Source: Bacilli bacterium (GTDB taxonomy: Bacteria; Bacillota_I; Bacilli_A; RF39; UBA660). From it: DNA of 64,000 nucleotides. A model generated the notes under the pieces. It saw nothing but the letters and a program-made list of their open reading frames with translations. It had not been told where the DNA came from and made no database searches. The DNA lies in contig JAFWYR010000006.1 in the NCBI GenBank assembly GCA_017522615.1, forward strand, positions 2,866 through 66,865, written 5' to 3'. Below are positions 56,447-64,000 of this stretch, in pieces; position 1 is the first letter of the stretch, and every line of letters begins with the position of its first letter. The position numbers and the translations under genes were made by a program.

Positions 56447-56869
56447 GTGGCAAACGTAGTAAATAAAATTAAAATCCAAATCCCTGCCGGAAAAGCAACA
56501 CCAGCTCCACCAGTTGGTACAGCACTAGGACCTGCAGGAATTAACTTAGGAGATTTTTGTACAAAATTTAATGATGCAACTAGAGATAAAATGGGAGATA
56601 TCCTACCAGTTGAGATTTCAATCTATGAAGATAGAAGTTTTGACTTCGTAGTTAAAACTCCACCAGCAGCTTTCTTAATTAAAAGAGCGCTAAAATTAAA
56701 GAAAGGTTCAGCAACTGGTAAAAATGATACAGTTGGAACTTTAACAAAAGCTCAATTAAAAGAGATAGCTGAAACTAAATTACCTGATTTAAACTGTTAT
56801 GATATAGAATCAGCAATGAAGATAATCGAAGGAACAGCCTTAAATATGGGTGTTAAAGTAGAAGACTAA
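56447..56869 (+). CDS. rplK: 50S ribosomal protein L11 (GTG start)
   Basis: [26 protein letters not shown]. Start at GTG 56447, 8 nt after aaggagg. Confidence 0.95.
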   Translation: MANVVNKIKIQIPAGKATPAPPVGTALGPAGINLGDFCTKFNDATRDKMGDILPVEISIYEDRSFDFVVKTPPAAFLIKRALKLKKGSATGKNDTVGTLTKAQLKEIAETKLPDLNCYDIESAMKIIEGTALNMGVKVED

Positions 56870-56924
56870 TTACCACACATTTAGTGGGAGGAAAAATCCG
56901 CAAAAACCACAAGGAGGTAAAAAA

Positions 56925-57620
56925 ATGAAAAAAGGTAAAAAATACATCGAAGCTGCTAATAAAGTAGAAAAGAATAAAGCCTATACCAAAGAAGACGCTG
57001 TTAAATTAGTTAAAGAGACTTCTTATGGTAAATTCGATGCTTCTGTCGAAGTAGCAATGCGTTTAAACCTTGATACTAGAAAAGCTGATCAGCAACTAAG
57101 AGGAGCAGTTGTTCTTCCTAAAGGAACTGGTAAAACTAAAAAAGTTCTAGTAATCGCTAAAGGTGATGCTGCTAAAGCTGCTAAAGAAGCAGGAGCAGAT
57201 TATGTTGGAGACACTGACATGATTGAAAAGATTCAAAAGGAAAACTGGTTTGATTTCGATTCTTTAATAGCTACACCTGATATGATGCCACAATTAGGTA
57301 AAATCGGTAGAATATTAGGACCAAAAGGTTTAATGCCAAACCCTAAAACTGGTACAGTAACTATGGACACTAAAAAAGCAGTAGAAGAAGTTAAGAAAGG
57401 TAGAGTAGAATATAGAACTGATTCATTCGGTAATGTTCACGCTTTAATTGGTAAAGTTTCTTTCAGTGAAGAAGACTTACTTGATAACTTAACTACATTT
57501 GTTAATTTGATAATCAAATCAAAACCTTCAGTTGTTAAAGGTACATATGTTAAAAATATATCTGTATCAGCAACTCAAGGACCTGGAATCAAAATTGATG
57601 TAAATAGCTTTGACAACTAA
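56925..57620 (+). CDS. rplA: 50S ribosomal protein L1
   Basis: 231 aa. [31 protein letters not shown]. Confidence 0.97.
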   Translation: MKKGKKYIEAANKVEKNKAYTKEDAVKLVKETSYGKFDASVEVAMRLNLDTRKADQQLRGAVVLPKGTGKTKKVLVIAKGDAAKAAKEAGADYVGDTDMIEKIQKENWFDFDSLIATPDMMPQLGKIGRILGPKGLMPNPKTGTVTMDTKKAVEEVKKGRVEYRTDSFGNVHALIGKVSFSEEDLLDNLTTFVNLIIKSKPSVVKGTYVKNISVSATQGPGIKIDVNSFDN

Positions 57621-57624
57621 TCCA

Positions 57625-57749
57625 AAGCATGTTATAATTAATTCGAAAAAGCGAATGCCGTAGACAGTAGGTGCGATTAAGCTTAATTTCCTACCGAGGA
57701 TTAAATAATAATTCTTAAAAACTCTACGCGCATTAGCTAGAGTTTTTTT
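57625..57749 (+). promoter_or_regulatory. Ribosomal protein L10 leader (rplJL autoregulatory leader with terminator)
   Basis: Structured leader (gccgtagacagtaggtg...cctaccgagg) and terminator aaaactcta/tagagtttt plus T-run (57717-57749), directly upstream of rplJ. Confidence 0.65.
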
Positions 57750-57773
57750 ACAAAATATAAGGAGGTGCTAGAG

Positions 57774-58274
57774 TTGGCAAATCAAAAGATATTGGATCAA
57801 AAACAAAAAATTATCGACGAAATAGCAGATAAGACTAAGAACTCAAGTTCAGTAATCTTATTTGAATACCAAGGGTTAAACGTTGAAGATACAAACACTT
57901 TAAGAAGACTACTTAAAGAAAATGATTCAGAATTTAAAATTTACAAAAACACATTAGTAAAAAGAGCCTTTGATTCTTTAAAAATAGATTTAGATGAAGA
58001 ATTAAAAGGACCAAAAGCAATCGCCTTTTCAGACGATGCAATAGCTCCAATTAAAGTATTATATGATTTTTCTAAAAAGCACGACTCATTAGTTGTTAAA
58101 ACCGGACTAGTAGATGGTGAAATAACTGAAGAGGCAAAATTAAGAGAATTATCTACAATACCATCAAGAGAAGGATTACTTACAATGCTTGCTGGTGGCT
58201 TAATTGGAACAATCAAAGATTTAGCAATTTGTCTTGACTTAAGAGCTCAAGATTTAGAAAAAGAAGAAAATTAG
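57774..58274 (+). CDS. rplJ: 50S ribosomal protein L10 (probable TTG start)
   Basis: ANQKILDQKQKIIDEIADK... The TTG at 57774 lies 8 nt after aaggagg; the GTG at 57765 overlaps the RBS. Confidence 0.93.
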   Translation: MANQKILDQKQKIIDEIADKTKNSSSVILFEYQGLNVEDTNTLRRLLKENDSEFKIYKNTLVKRAFDSLKIDLDEELKGPKAIAFSDDAIAPIKVLYDFSKKHDSLVVKTGLVDGEITEEAKLRELSTIPSREGLLTMLAGGLIGTIKDLAICLDLRAQDLEKEEN

Positions 58275-58289
58275 AAAGGATATGATAAT

Positions 58290-58658
58290 ATGGCAAAACT
58301 TACAAAAGAAAAATTTATTGAAAGCTTAAACGAAATGTCACTACTTGAAATCAAAGAGTTAGTTGACGCTATGAAGGAGGAATATGGTGTAGATCCAAGT
58401 GCAGTTGCTGTTGCTGCTGCCCCTGCTGCTGCTGAAGAAGCTGCTGGACCATCTACAGTTACTGTTACACTTACAAGTGCTGGAGCAAACAAATTACCAG
58501 TAATCAAATTAATCAAAGAAGCTACTGGTTTAGGTTTAAAAGAAGCTAAAGCAATTGCCGATAACGGTGGAGCAGTTAAGGAAAATATTCCTACAAGTGA
58601 AGCTGAAGAATTAAAAGCTAAATTCGAAGAAGCTGGCGCTACTGTTGAAGTTAAATAA
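58290..58658 (+). CDS. rplL: 50S ribosomal protein L7/L12
   Basis: Ala-rich hinge AVAVAAAPAAAEEAAG and C-terminal domain VIKLIKEATGLGLKEAK. Confidence 0.97.
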   Translation: MAKLTKEKFIESLNEMSLLEIKELVDAMKEEYGVDPSAVAVAAAPAAAEEAAGPSTVTVTLTSAGANKLPVIKLIKEATGLGLKEAKAIADNGGAVKENIPTSEAEELKAKFEEAGATVEVK

Positions 58659-58729
58659 TAAATCTACTAAAGGCCTGCACTACATTATGTGGTGTGGGCT
58701 TTAGCCGTTTATTGAAAGGAGAAGATATC

Positions 58730-58963
58730 ATGAAAAATAGTAAAGAAAACGCTAATTTAAATTATATTGTTGAAGATCAAATAAATGCATTTGAAAATTT
58801 TAGAAACAATACAAATAATCAATTCAAAAATCTTGCTCCAAATAACACAAACTTAGGATACAACCCAAAAAATAATTTCCAAGGAGCACAAAAAACTCCT
58901 TATTTTAATATCGACAAAAGATATACGACCAAAAACATAACAAATTCAAAAAAAGGAGTATAA
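58730..58963 (+). CDS. Small N/Q-rich hypothetical protein
   Basis: Start at 58730 (RBS aaaggag). Low-complexity sequence, so coding status is uncertain. Confidence 0.3.
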   Translation: MKNSKENANLNYIVEDQINAFENFRNNTNNQFKNLAPNNTNLGYNPKNNFQGAQKTPYFNIDKRYTTKNITNSKKGV

Positions 58964-58964
58964 T

Positions 58965-59549
58965 ATGGCTCACTATTTTACAAACGACTATATAGAAAGC
59001 AACGAAAAACAGATAAATGTAAAAGTATCTAATTTAGACTTAAAATTTATAACAGATAACGGAACATTTTCTAAAAAAGGATTAGATTTTGGTACCAGAA
59101 CACTGCTCGAAAATATAGATTTTGAAAACATTGAAGGTGATGTACTAGATTTAGGCTGTGGTTGGGGACCAATCGGAATTACTATAGCTAAAAACAAAAA
59201 ATCTAAAATAGATATGGTAGACATAAATGAAAGAGCCATAAATTTAGCTAAAAAAAACGCTAAATTAAATGATGTAAATGTTAATATATATCAAAGTAAT
59301 GCATTTGAAAATATAGAAAAAAAATATGATTACATCGTTACAAATCCACCGATAAGAGTTGGAAAAGAAATACTTTATAATCTATTATTTTCTTCATTAA
59401 ACCACCTTAAAGAAAAAGGAAAATTATATTTGGTTGTAAATAAAAATCAAGGGGCTAAAACATTAATGAAAGATTTAAGTGTTAAAGCAAAAACTACGCT
59501 CATTGTAAAAAATAAAGGTTTTTATATAATAAGTGCTGAAAACCGTTGA
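58965..59549 (+). CDS. Class I SAM-dependent methyltransferase (RsmC/YbxB-like small-domain rRNA methyltransferase)
   Basis: VLDLGCGWGPIG and TNPPIRVGKE motifs. Sits between rplL and rpoB like B. subtilis ybxB. Confidence 0.8.
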   Translation: MAHYFTNDYIESNEKQINVKVSNLDLKFITDNGTFSKKGLDFGTRTLLENIDFENIEGDVLDLGCGWGPIGITIAKNKKSKIDMVDINERAINLAKKNAKLNDVNVNIYQSNAFENIEKKYDYIVTNPPIRVGKEILYNLLFSSLNHLKEKGKLYLVVNKNQGAKTLMKDLSVKAKTTLIVKNKGFYIISAENR

Positions 59550-59645
59550 CATTTCCGGCAAAAGTATTTATAATTATAAATTGGCGACATGTACCCTGGG
59601 GAGGTACAAAAAATTAAAAATTTACTATGATTTAGGGGTGAAATA

Positions 59646-62600
59646 TTGGCTTACAAAATTCAAAAAATTAACAAAAAACGCGAGAGAAGAAGTTATGCAA
59701 AAACTGAAAACGCTATTGAACTATCTAATTTATTAGACATTCAAAAAACATCATACCAATGGTTTTTAACTGAAGGAATCAAAGAAGTATTTGACGATAT
59801 ATTTCCAGTAGAGAGCTTTACTGGTAATTTGTCGTTGGAATTTGGTGAGTACAGTTTCGATGAACCAAGATGGAACATTAAACAGTGTAAAGAAAGATAT
59901 TCTACTTATTCTGCGCCACTAAAAGTAGAAGCTAGACTATTTAATGTCGAAACAGGAGAGGTAAAAGAACAAGAAATTTACTTAGGCGATATGCCTATAA
60001 TGACTGATAGCGGGTCATTTATCGTAAATGGGGCCGAGAGAGTAATCGTCTCACAGTTAGTCAGAAGTCCATCTGTTTATTATGGAAAAGAAGTCGACAA
60101 GAAAAACGGTAGAATAACCGCAACTTGTCAAATTATTCCAACTAGAGGAACATGGCTAGAACTTGAAACAGATGCCAGAGACATAGTATATGTCAGAATC
60201 GATAGAACTAGAAAAGTTCCAGTTACTACATTACTTAGAGCAATTGGATTATCTAGCGATAGCGACATAAATGATTTATTTGGTGAAAATGACTATATCT
60301 TAAAAACAATCGAAAAGGATGCCAACAAAAACACCGAAGAAGCCTTAATCGACATTCATTCGAAATTAAGACCAGGAGAACCATCTACTTTAGAAAGTGC
60401 GAAAAACCAATTAATTACGAGATTTTTTGACGCATTCAGATACGATTTAGCTAAGGTTGGAAGATACAAATTCAACAAAAAGCTAAACATTACAGATAGA
60501 TTACTAGGATGTAAACTAGCTGAAACAATCAAAGATGGTAATAAGATTATTGCCGAAGAAGGTACAGTAATCACTAAAGAATTACTTGAAGAATTAAAAC
60601 CTATCTTCGCAAAAGGATATGGTAAAACTGAGACGCTTATTAATAGAGATTTAGATTCATACGGAGATGTTCAAATCGTCAAAGTATATTCTAAAACAAA
60701 CCCAGAAAAAATAGTTAAAATAATTGGAAATGATCAAAGTATCGACGTCAAGAGATTAACTGTATCAGACGTTTATGCTTCACTTTCATATTATTTAAAT
60801 CTACTTGATGGAATTGGTAATTTTGATGAAATTGACCACCTATCAAATAGACGTGTTAGACAAGTTGGAGAATTGTTGCAAAATCAATTTAGAATCGGAA
60901 TTAGCCGAATCGAAAGAATGATTAGAGATAGAATGAGTACTCAAGATGTAACAGAAGTAACTCCAAAAAGTTTAATTAACATAAGACCACTTACAGCTGC
61001 AATCAAAGAATTCTTTGGTTCATCACAGTTATCACAGTTCATGGATCAAATTAACCCGATTGCTGAACTTACAAATAAGAGAAGATTATCTTCATTAGGA
61101 CCTGGAGGACTTTCTAAAGATAGAGCTGGAATGGAAGTTCGTGACGTTAATCCATCACACTATGGAAGACTTTGTCCTGTAGAATCTCCAGAAGGACCAA
61201 ATATCGGACTTATAACTTCATTAGCTAGTTATGCTAAAGTAAACGAATATGGATTTATCATGACTCCATATAGAAAAGTTGATAAGACAAAATTAACTGA
61301 TGAAATAAAATATATGACAGCTGACGAAGAATTAGAATATTATATCGCACCAGCTACTATTAAAACTGAAAAAGGAAAAATAGTAGAAGAGTCAGTACCT
61401 GTCAGATATCAAAATGATAACTTATTAGTTGAAAAAGATAGAGTAGACTACATGGATGTATCACCTCAGCAAATAATTTCAATTACGACAAGTGGAATTC
61501 CATTCCTTGAACACGACGATGGAAAACGTGCCTTGATGGGTGCTAACATGCAGCGTCAAGCTATCCCACTATTAGAAGCCGAAGCTCCACTAGTTGGAAC
61601 AGGTGTCGAAGCAATAGCTGCTAAAGACTCAGGCGTTGTAATAATGGCTAAAGCCGATGGTGTAGTTGATTATGTCGATGCTAGAAAAATCGTAATTAAA
61701 AATGCTAAAGGAACCGATACATATTACATGGATGGTTTCGAAAGAAGTAACATGGGAACATGTTATCATCAAAGACCAATCGTTAGAAAAGGCGATAAAG
61801 TAAAAGTAGGAGAAGTAATTGCCGACGGACCATCAACCGATGATGGAGAAATGGCATTAGGTAAAAACTTAACAATTGCCTTTGTAAACTACGATGGTTA
61901 TAACTATGAGGATGCGGTAATCTTAAATGAAAGATTAGTAAAAGATGACGTATTCACATCAATTCATATTAGAGACTGTGAAATAGAGTGTAGAGATACT
62001 AAACTTGGACCAGAAGAGTTCACGAGAGATATACCAAACGTATCAGAAGAAGCTCGTAAAAACCTAGATGAAAATGGTATCATCAGAATTGGTACAGAAG
62101 TAAAAGATGATGATATATTAGTTGGTAAAGTTACTCCAAAAGGAATGGCTGAGCTAACCTCAGAAGAAAAATTATTGCATGCTATCTTTGGTGAAAAAAC
62201 AAGAGAAGTAAGAGATACATCTCTAAGAGTTCAGCACGGTGGCGGTGGAATAGTTTGTGATGTCCAAGTATTATCCAAAGAAGATAATGAAGAATTACCT
62301 GCCGGAGTATCTAAGAAAATAAGAGTTTATATTGCTCAAAAGAGAAAAATCGGTGTCGGAGATAAAATCTCAGGAAGACACGGAAACAAAGGTGTAATTT
62401 CACTAGTACTTCCAGAAGAAGATATGCCATACACAAAAGATGGTAAAACAGTAGATATATTACTAAACCCACTTGGAGTTCCTTCACGTATGAACCTAGG
62501 ACAAATCTTAGAATTACACTTAGGTATGGCCGCTAAAACATTAGGTATTCATGTAGCTACACCAGTATTCGACGGTGCCACTAGAGAAGAAATACTAGAA

Positions 62601-63311
62601 GCATTAGATGAAGCTGGATTAGACCAAGATGGTAAAATGGAATTATACGACGGAAGAACCGGAGAAAAATTCGACAACCGTATATCTGTCGGAGTAATGT
62701 ACATGATCAAACTAGACCACATGGTTGATGATAAACTTCACGCAAGATCTACTGGACCATATTCATTAGTAACTCAGCAACCACTTGGTGGTAAAGCTCA
62801 GTTTGGTGGTCAGCGTTTCGGTGAGATGGAAGTTTGGGCTCTATATGCATATGGTGCCGCTAACATATTACAAGAGATGATGACAGTTAAATCAGACGAC
62901 GTAGTCGGAAGAGTAAAAGTTTATGAATCACTAGTTAAAGGTGAAGAACTACCTGAATCAGGAGTTCCAGAGAGCTTTAGAGTAGTAATTAAAGAATTTC
63001 AAGCATTAGGACTAGATATAACAGTTCTAAATAACGAAGGAAGATTTGTTGAACTAAAAGAACTTGAAGAAGCTGAAAAAGATACATATGTACCAGACAC
63101 AGATTTAGAAAGTGAAATATTAAAAGAAAGAGAAGCAAATCAAAAACAAAAAGAATCAAATGAAAAAAAAGAGACTGAAGATAGTAAAGAACTTCAAACA
63201 GAACTTGAAAACTTCGGTTTAGATGAACAAACTGAAAAAAATGAAGAATCAGAAGAAGAAATAGAACCTACAGATGAAGAATTAGAAAAGTTGGAAGGGG
63301 AGGGTAAATAA
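59646..63311 (+). CDS. rpoB: DNA-directed RNA polymerase subunit beta (TTG start, extended acidic tail)
   Basis: 1221 aa. RRSYAKT...[26 protein letters not shown], ~100-aa E/K-rich C-terminal tail. Confidence 0.98.
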   Translation: MAYKIQKINKKRERRSYAKTENAIELSNLLDIQKTSYQWFLTEGIKEVFDDIFPVESFTGNLSLEFGEYSFDEPRWNIKQCKERYSTYSAPLKVEARLFNVETGEVKEQEIYLGDMPIMTDSGSFIVNGAERVIVSQLVRSPSVYYGKEVDKKNGRITATCQIIPTRGTWLELETDARDIVYVRIDRTRKVPVTTLLRAIGLSSDSDINDLFGENDYILKTIEKDANKNTEEALIDIHSKLRPGEPSTLESAKNQLITRFFDAFRYDLAKVGRYKFNKKLNITDRLLGCKLAETIKDGNKIIAEEGTVITKELLEELKPIFAKGYGKTETLINRDLDSYGDVQIVKVYSKTNPEKIVKIIGNDQSIDVKRLTVSDVYASLSYYLNLLDGIGNFDEIDHLSNRRVRQVGELLQNQFRIGISRIERMIRDRMSTQDVTEVTPKSLINIRPLTAAIKEFFGSSQLSQFMDQINPIAELTNKRRLSSLGPGGLSKDRAGMEVRDVNPSHYGRLCPVESPEGPNIGLITSLASYAKVNEYGFIMTPYRKVDKTKLTDEIKYMTADEELEYYIAPATIKTEKGKIVEESVPVRYQNDNLLVEKDRVDYMDVSPQQIISITTSGIPFLEHDDGKRALMGANMQRQAIPLLEAEAPLVGTGVEAIAAKDSGVVIMAKADGVVDYVDARKIVIKNAKGTDTYYMDGFERSNMGTCYHQRPIVRKGDKVKVGEVIADGPSTDDGEMALGKNLTIAFVNYDGYNYEDAVILNERLVKDDVFTSIHIRDCEIECRDTKLGPEEFTRDIPNVSEEARKNLDENGIIRIGTEVKDDDILVGKVTPKGMAELTSEEKLLHAIFGEKTREVRDTSLRVQHGGGGIVCDVQVLSKEDNEELPAGVSKKIRVYIAQKRKIGVGDKISGRHGNKGVISLVLPEEDMPYTKDGKTVDILLNPLGVPSRMNLGQILELHLGMAAKTLGIHVATPVFDGATREEILEALDEAGLDQDGKMELYDGRTGEKFDNRISVGVMYMIKLDHMVDDKLHARSTGPYSLVTQQPLGGKAQFGGQRFGEMEVWALYAYGAANILQEMMTVKSDDVVGRVKVYESLVKGEELPESGVPESFRVVIKEFQALGLDITVLNNEGRFVELKELEEAEKDTYVPDTDLESEILKEREANQKQKESNEKKETEDSKELQTELENFGLDEQTEKNEESEEEIEPTDEELEKLEGEGK

Positions 63312-64000
63312 TGGATGCAAATAGCTTTGAAGGCTTAAGAATAGCCATTGCCTCACCAGAAAAAATCCGTGCTTGGTCATACGGTGAAGTAAAAAAAGCC
63401 GAGACTATGAACTATAGAACTTTAAAACCAGAAAGAGACGGATTATTCTGTGAAAAGATATTCGGACCAACTAAAGATTTTGAATGTTCATGTGGTAAAT
63501 ATAAAAGATTAAGATATAAAAATATCATATGTGATAGATGTGGAGTTGAAGTAACTAAATCTAAAGTACGTCGTGAACGTATGGGACACATTGAACTTGC
63601 AACTCCTGTCTCTCACATCTGGTTCTTTAAAGGTGTTCCATCTAGAATGGGATTAGTTCTAGATATGTCACCTAGAGAACTAGAAGAGGTATTATACTTC
63701 GTTTCATATGTCGTACTAGATCCAGGAGATACTCCACTAGAGAAAAAACAAACAATCAGTGATAAAGACTACCGTACTTATTATGAAAAGTATGGAAATA
63801 CTTTCAGAGTAGGTATGGGAGCCGAAGCTATCGAAGAATTACTTAAAGAAGTAGACTTAGAAAAAGAAGTAGCAGATATCAAAAAGGAAATAGATGAAAT
63901 AAAAGATACATCAAGTCAAAAAAGAGTTAGACTAATCAAAAGATTAGACGTATTAGATGCATTTTTAGAATCTGGAAACAGACCAGAATGGATGATATTA
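63311..64000 (+). CDS. rpoC: DNA-directed RNA polymerase subunit beta' (N-terminal part, runs off the window)
   Basis: The ATG overlaps the rpoB stop (TAATG). [29 protein letters not shown]...[23 protein letters not shown] zinc-binding motif. Open to the window end. Confidence 0.95.
   Translation, partial: MDANSFEGLRIAIASPEKIRAWSYGEVKKAETMNYRTLKPERDGLFCEKIFGPTKDFECSCGKYKRLRYKNIICDRCGVEVTKSKVRRERMGHIELATPVSHIWFFKGVPSRMGLVLDMSPRELEEVLYFVSYVVLDPGDTPLEKKQTISDKDYRTYYEKYGNTFRVGMGAEAIEELLKEVDLEKEVADIKKEIDEIKDTSSQKRVRLIKRLDVLDAFLESGNRPEWMIL

Noticed and set aside
59533-59736. 67-aa ORF spanning the methyltransferase end and the rpoB start.
   Set aside because: It overlaps the rpoB leader and N-terminus in another frame. 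It has no RBS and no recognisable sequence.
63020-63308. ~100-aa E/K-rich acidic tail of RpoB as a novel domain.
   Set aside because: Firmicutes RpoB proteins commonly end in variable acidic tails. This one is longer but looks like simple low-complexity expansion.

Overview
AT-rich chromosomal segment, roughly 30% GC by eye, from an endospore-forming low-GC Bacillota bacterium. I cannot assign a species. The short ThrRS without a TGS domain, the clostridial-type spoVAC-AD-AE operon and the Gram-positive type IV pilins fit an Erysipelotrichia- or Clostridia-like lineage. The backbone is housekeeping: ftsK (partial), uvrA, rnc, a dnaB-type loader, dnaI, thrS behind a T-box, xfp, eno, rnj, ftsY-ylxM, ackA, the secE-nusG-rplKAJL-rpoBC cluster and three tRNAs. 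Sporulation genes are spread through it: a spoIIAA-like gene with sigF, spoVAC/AD/AE, spoIIIAH, gerE, gerM and ylbJ. Three kinds of accessory content stand out. (1) A type VII secretion (T7SSb-like) system lies in two blocks. The main block (28540-37038) runs essC, esaB/yukD, DUF4176, a fused tandem WXG100-like gene, a helical gene and a 656-aa protein. A satellite block on the minus strand (20061-22232) holds a glycine-zipper protein, a 165-aa protein and a second DUF4176. No EssA, EssB or EsaA equivalent is visible anywhere in the window, so this is my best candidate for an undescribed or non-canonical system. (2) Type IV pilus (Com/Pil-like) parts are scattered over three loci. One pilin sits between sigF and spoVA. 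One is translationally coupled to a C-terminally shortened eno just upstream of essC. The third locus is a divergent PilB-like ATPase plus pseudopilin module with a lectin-like tip pseudopilin. (3) Smaller oddities: a decayed ToxN/AbiQ type III toxin, a HerA-like ATPase where ffh is expected after ylxM, a spoIIA-type operon lacking spoIIAB with a non-phosphorylatable STAS protein, a TasA/camelysin-like fusion protein, and an orphan promoter-to-terminator small RNA or leader. I saw no rRNA, CRISPR array, transposase or integrase. All domain calls come from motif recognition by eye; no searches were run.
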